A stretch of DNA of 62,982 bases from contig JBAYMO010000002.1 of the NCBI GenBank assembly GCA_041663485.1, positions 1 through 62,982 on the forward strand, given 5' to 3'. A program made the translations under genes and the position numbers. This stretch comes from Candidatus Buchananbacteria bacterium (GTDB taxonomy: Bacteria > Patescibacteriota > Patescibacteriia > Buchananbacterales > UBA6539). Positions 62,793 through 62,982 of this stretch are shown piece after piece (the first letter of the stretch is position 1; each line of letters starts with the position of its first letter). The notes below the pieces were generated by a model. It was not told the DNA's origin and did not search any database. It saw only the letters and a program-made list of their open reading frames with translations.

Positions 62793-62982
62793 ATGCACAA
62801 AAAGAAACTTTCTCCCACCATCGATCCTTTGAAAATCATTTTGGACGCTTTCAAGAGCAAATCGGGTAATTACCGGCCGGGTTTTATCAGTATTAAAGTC
62901 TTTGCCTCGCGCCACGTAACTCAAGCAGCTTTTTTAGGATTTTGTCGATATTTTACGAGCCGACAACCGCTATGGCAAAAAG
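62793..62982 (+). CDS. Hypothetical protein, 3' end outside window
   Basis: ATG at 62793 is preceded by GGAGAGG. Frame stays open to the window end (MHKKKLSPTIDPLKIILDAFKSKSGNYRPGFISIKVFASRHVTQAAFLGFCRYF..). Confidence 0.4.
   Translation, partial: MHKKKLSPTIDPLKIILDAFKSKSGNYRPGFISIKVFASRHVTQAAFLGFCRYFTSRQPLWQK

Noticed and set aside
1-62982. CRISPR arrays, alternative genetic code (UGA recoding), rRNA genes, transposases/IS elements, reverse transcriptase/DGR, classical defence operons
   Set aside because: I saw no regularly spaced direct repeats. Conserved genes are full length under code 11, and several genes end in TGA (for example 17249 and 28653). None of the listed gene types is recognisable among the ORFs.

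Overview
AT-rich bacterial chromosomal window. My hand spot checks of host genes give roughly 35-40% G+C. It is almost fully coding and uses the standard code: TGA terminates conserved genes and no conserved gene carries an in-frame stop.

Content is mostly housekeeping:
- a 5'-truncated Clp ATPase, a GT4 phosphosugar transferase, rplU, recR-dnaB
- a tRNA-Lys locus; tRNA-Thr, tRNA-Gly and tRNA-Gln
- ftsEX, yidC, secDF, ugd, clpB, mnmA, a short alaS
- the infA-rpmJ-rpsM-rpsK-rpsD-rpoA-rplQ-rplM-rpsI block
- rlmN, a cluster of secreted/surface proteins, and a glycan locus (flippase, GT4, two GT2, O-antigen-ligase-like)
- trmH-fmt-def

The overall style fits a Patescibacteria/CPR-type reduced genome. 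This is an inference from compact genes, a 579-aa AlaRS, a sigma-region-4/HARE-HTH protein, a CxxC-x17-CxxC tail, many secreted proteins of unknown function, few Shine-Dalgarno sites and several apparently leaderless genes.

I saw no CRISPR array, rRNA, transposase, reverse transcriptase or recognisable multi-gene defence operon.

Most unusual observations:
1. tRNA-Lys(UUU) is embedded in nested tRNA-derived repeats around a stand-alone 83-aa GIY-YIG nuclease gene, which looks like a miniature tRNA-targeting element.
2. A ~0.5-kb island of about 61% G+C with strong GC3 periodicity encodes a signal-peptide protein and sits inside the glycan locus.
3. A promoter/terminator-bounded ~200-nt unit (57259-57455) displays a 13-nt perfect complement of the 16S rRNA 3' end in a hairpin loop, plus a second AGGAGGTGA.
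4. Several G+C-elevated orphan genes for small membrane proteins have unusually strong SD sites.
5. An untracked 45-aa hyper-acidic protein gene has its own promoter, SD and terminator.
6. A perfect CIRCE operator lies in front of clpB.
7. RpoA ends in a charged tail in place of the alpha-CTD, and SecD carries an inserted parvulin-like segment.

All homology statements come from motif recognition by eye. No searches were run.
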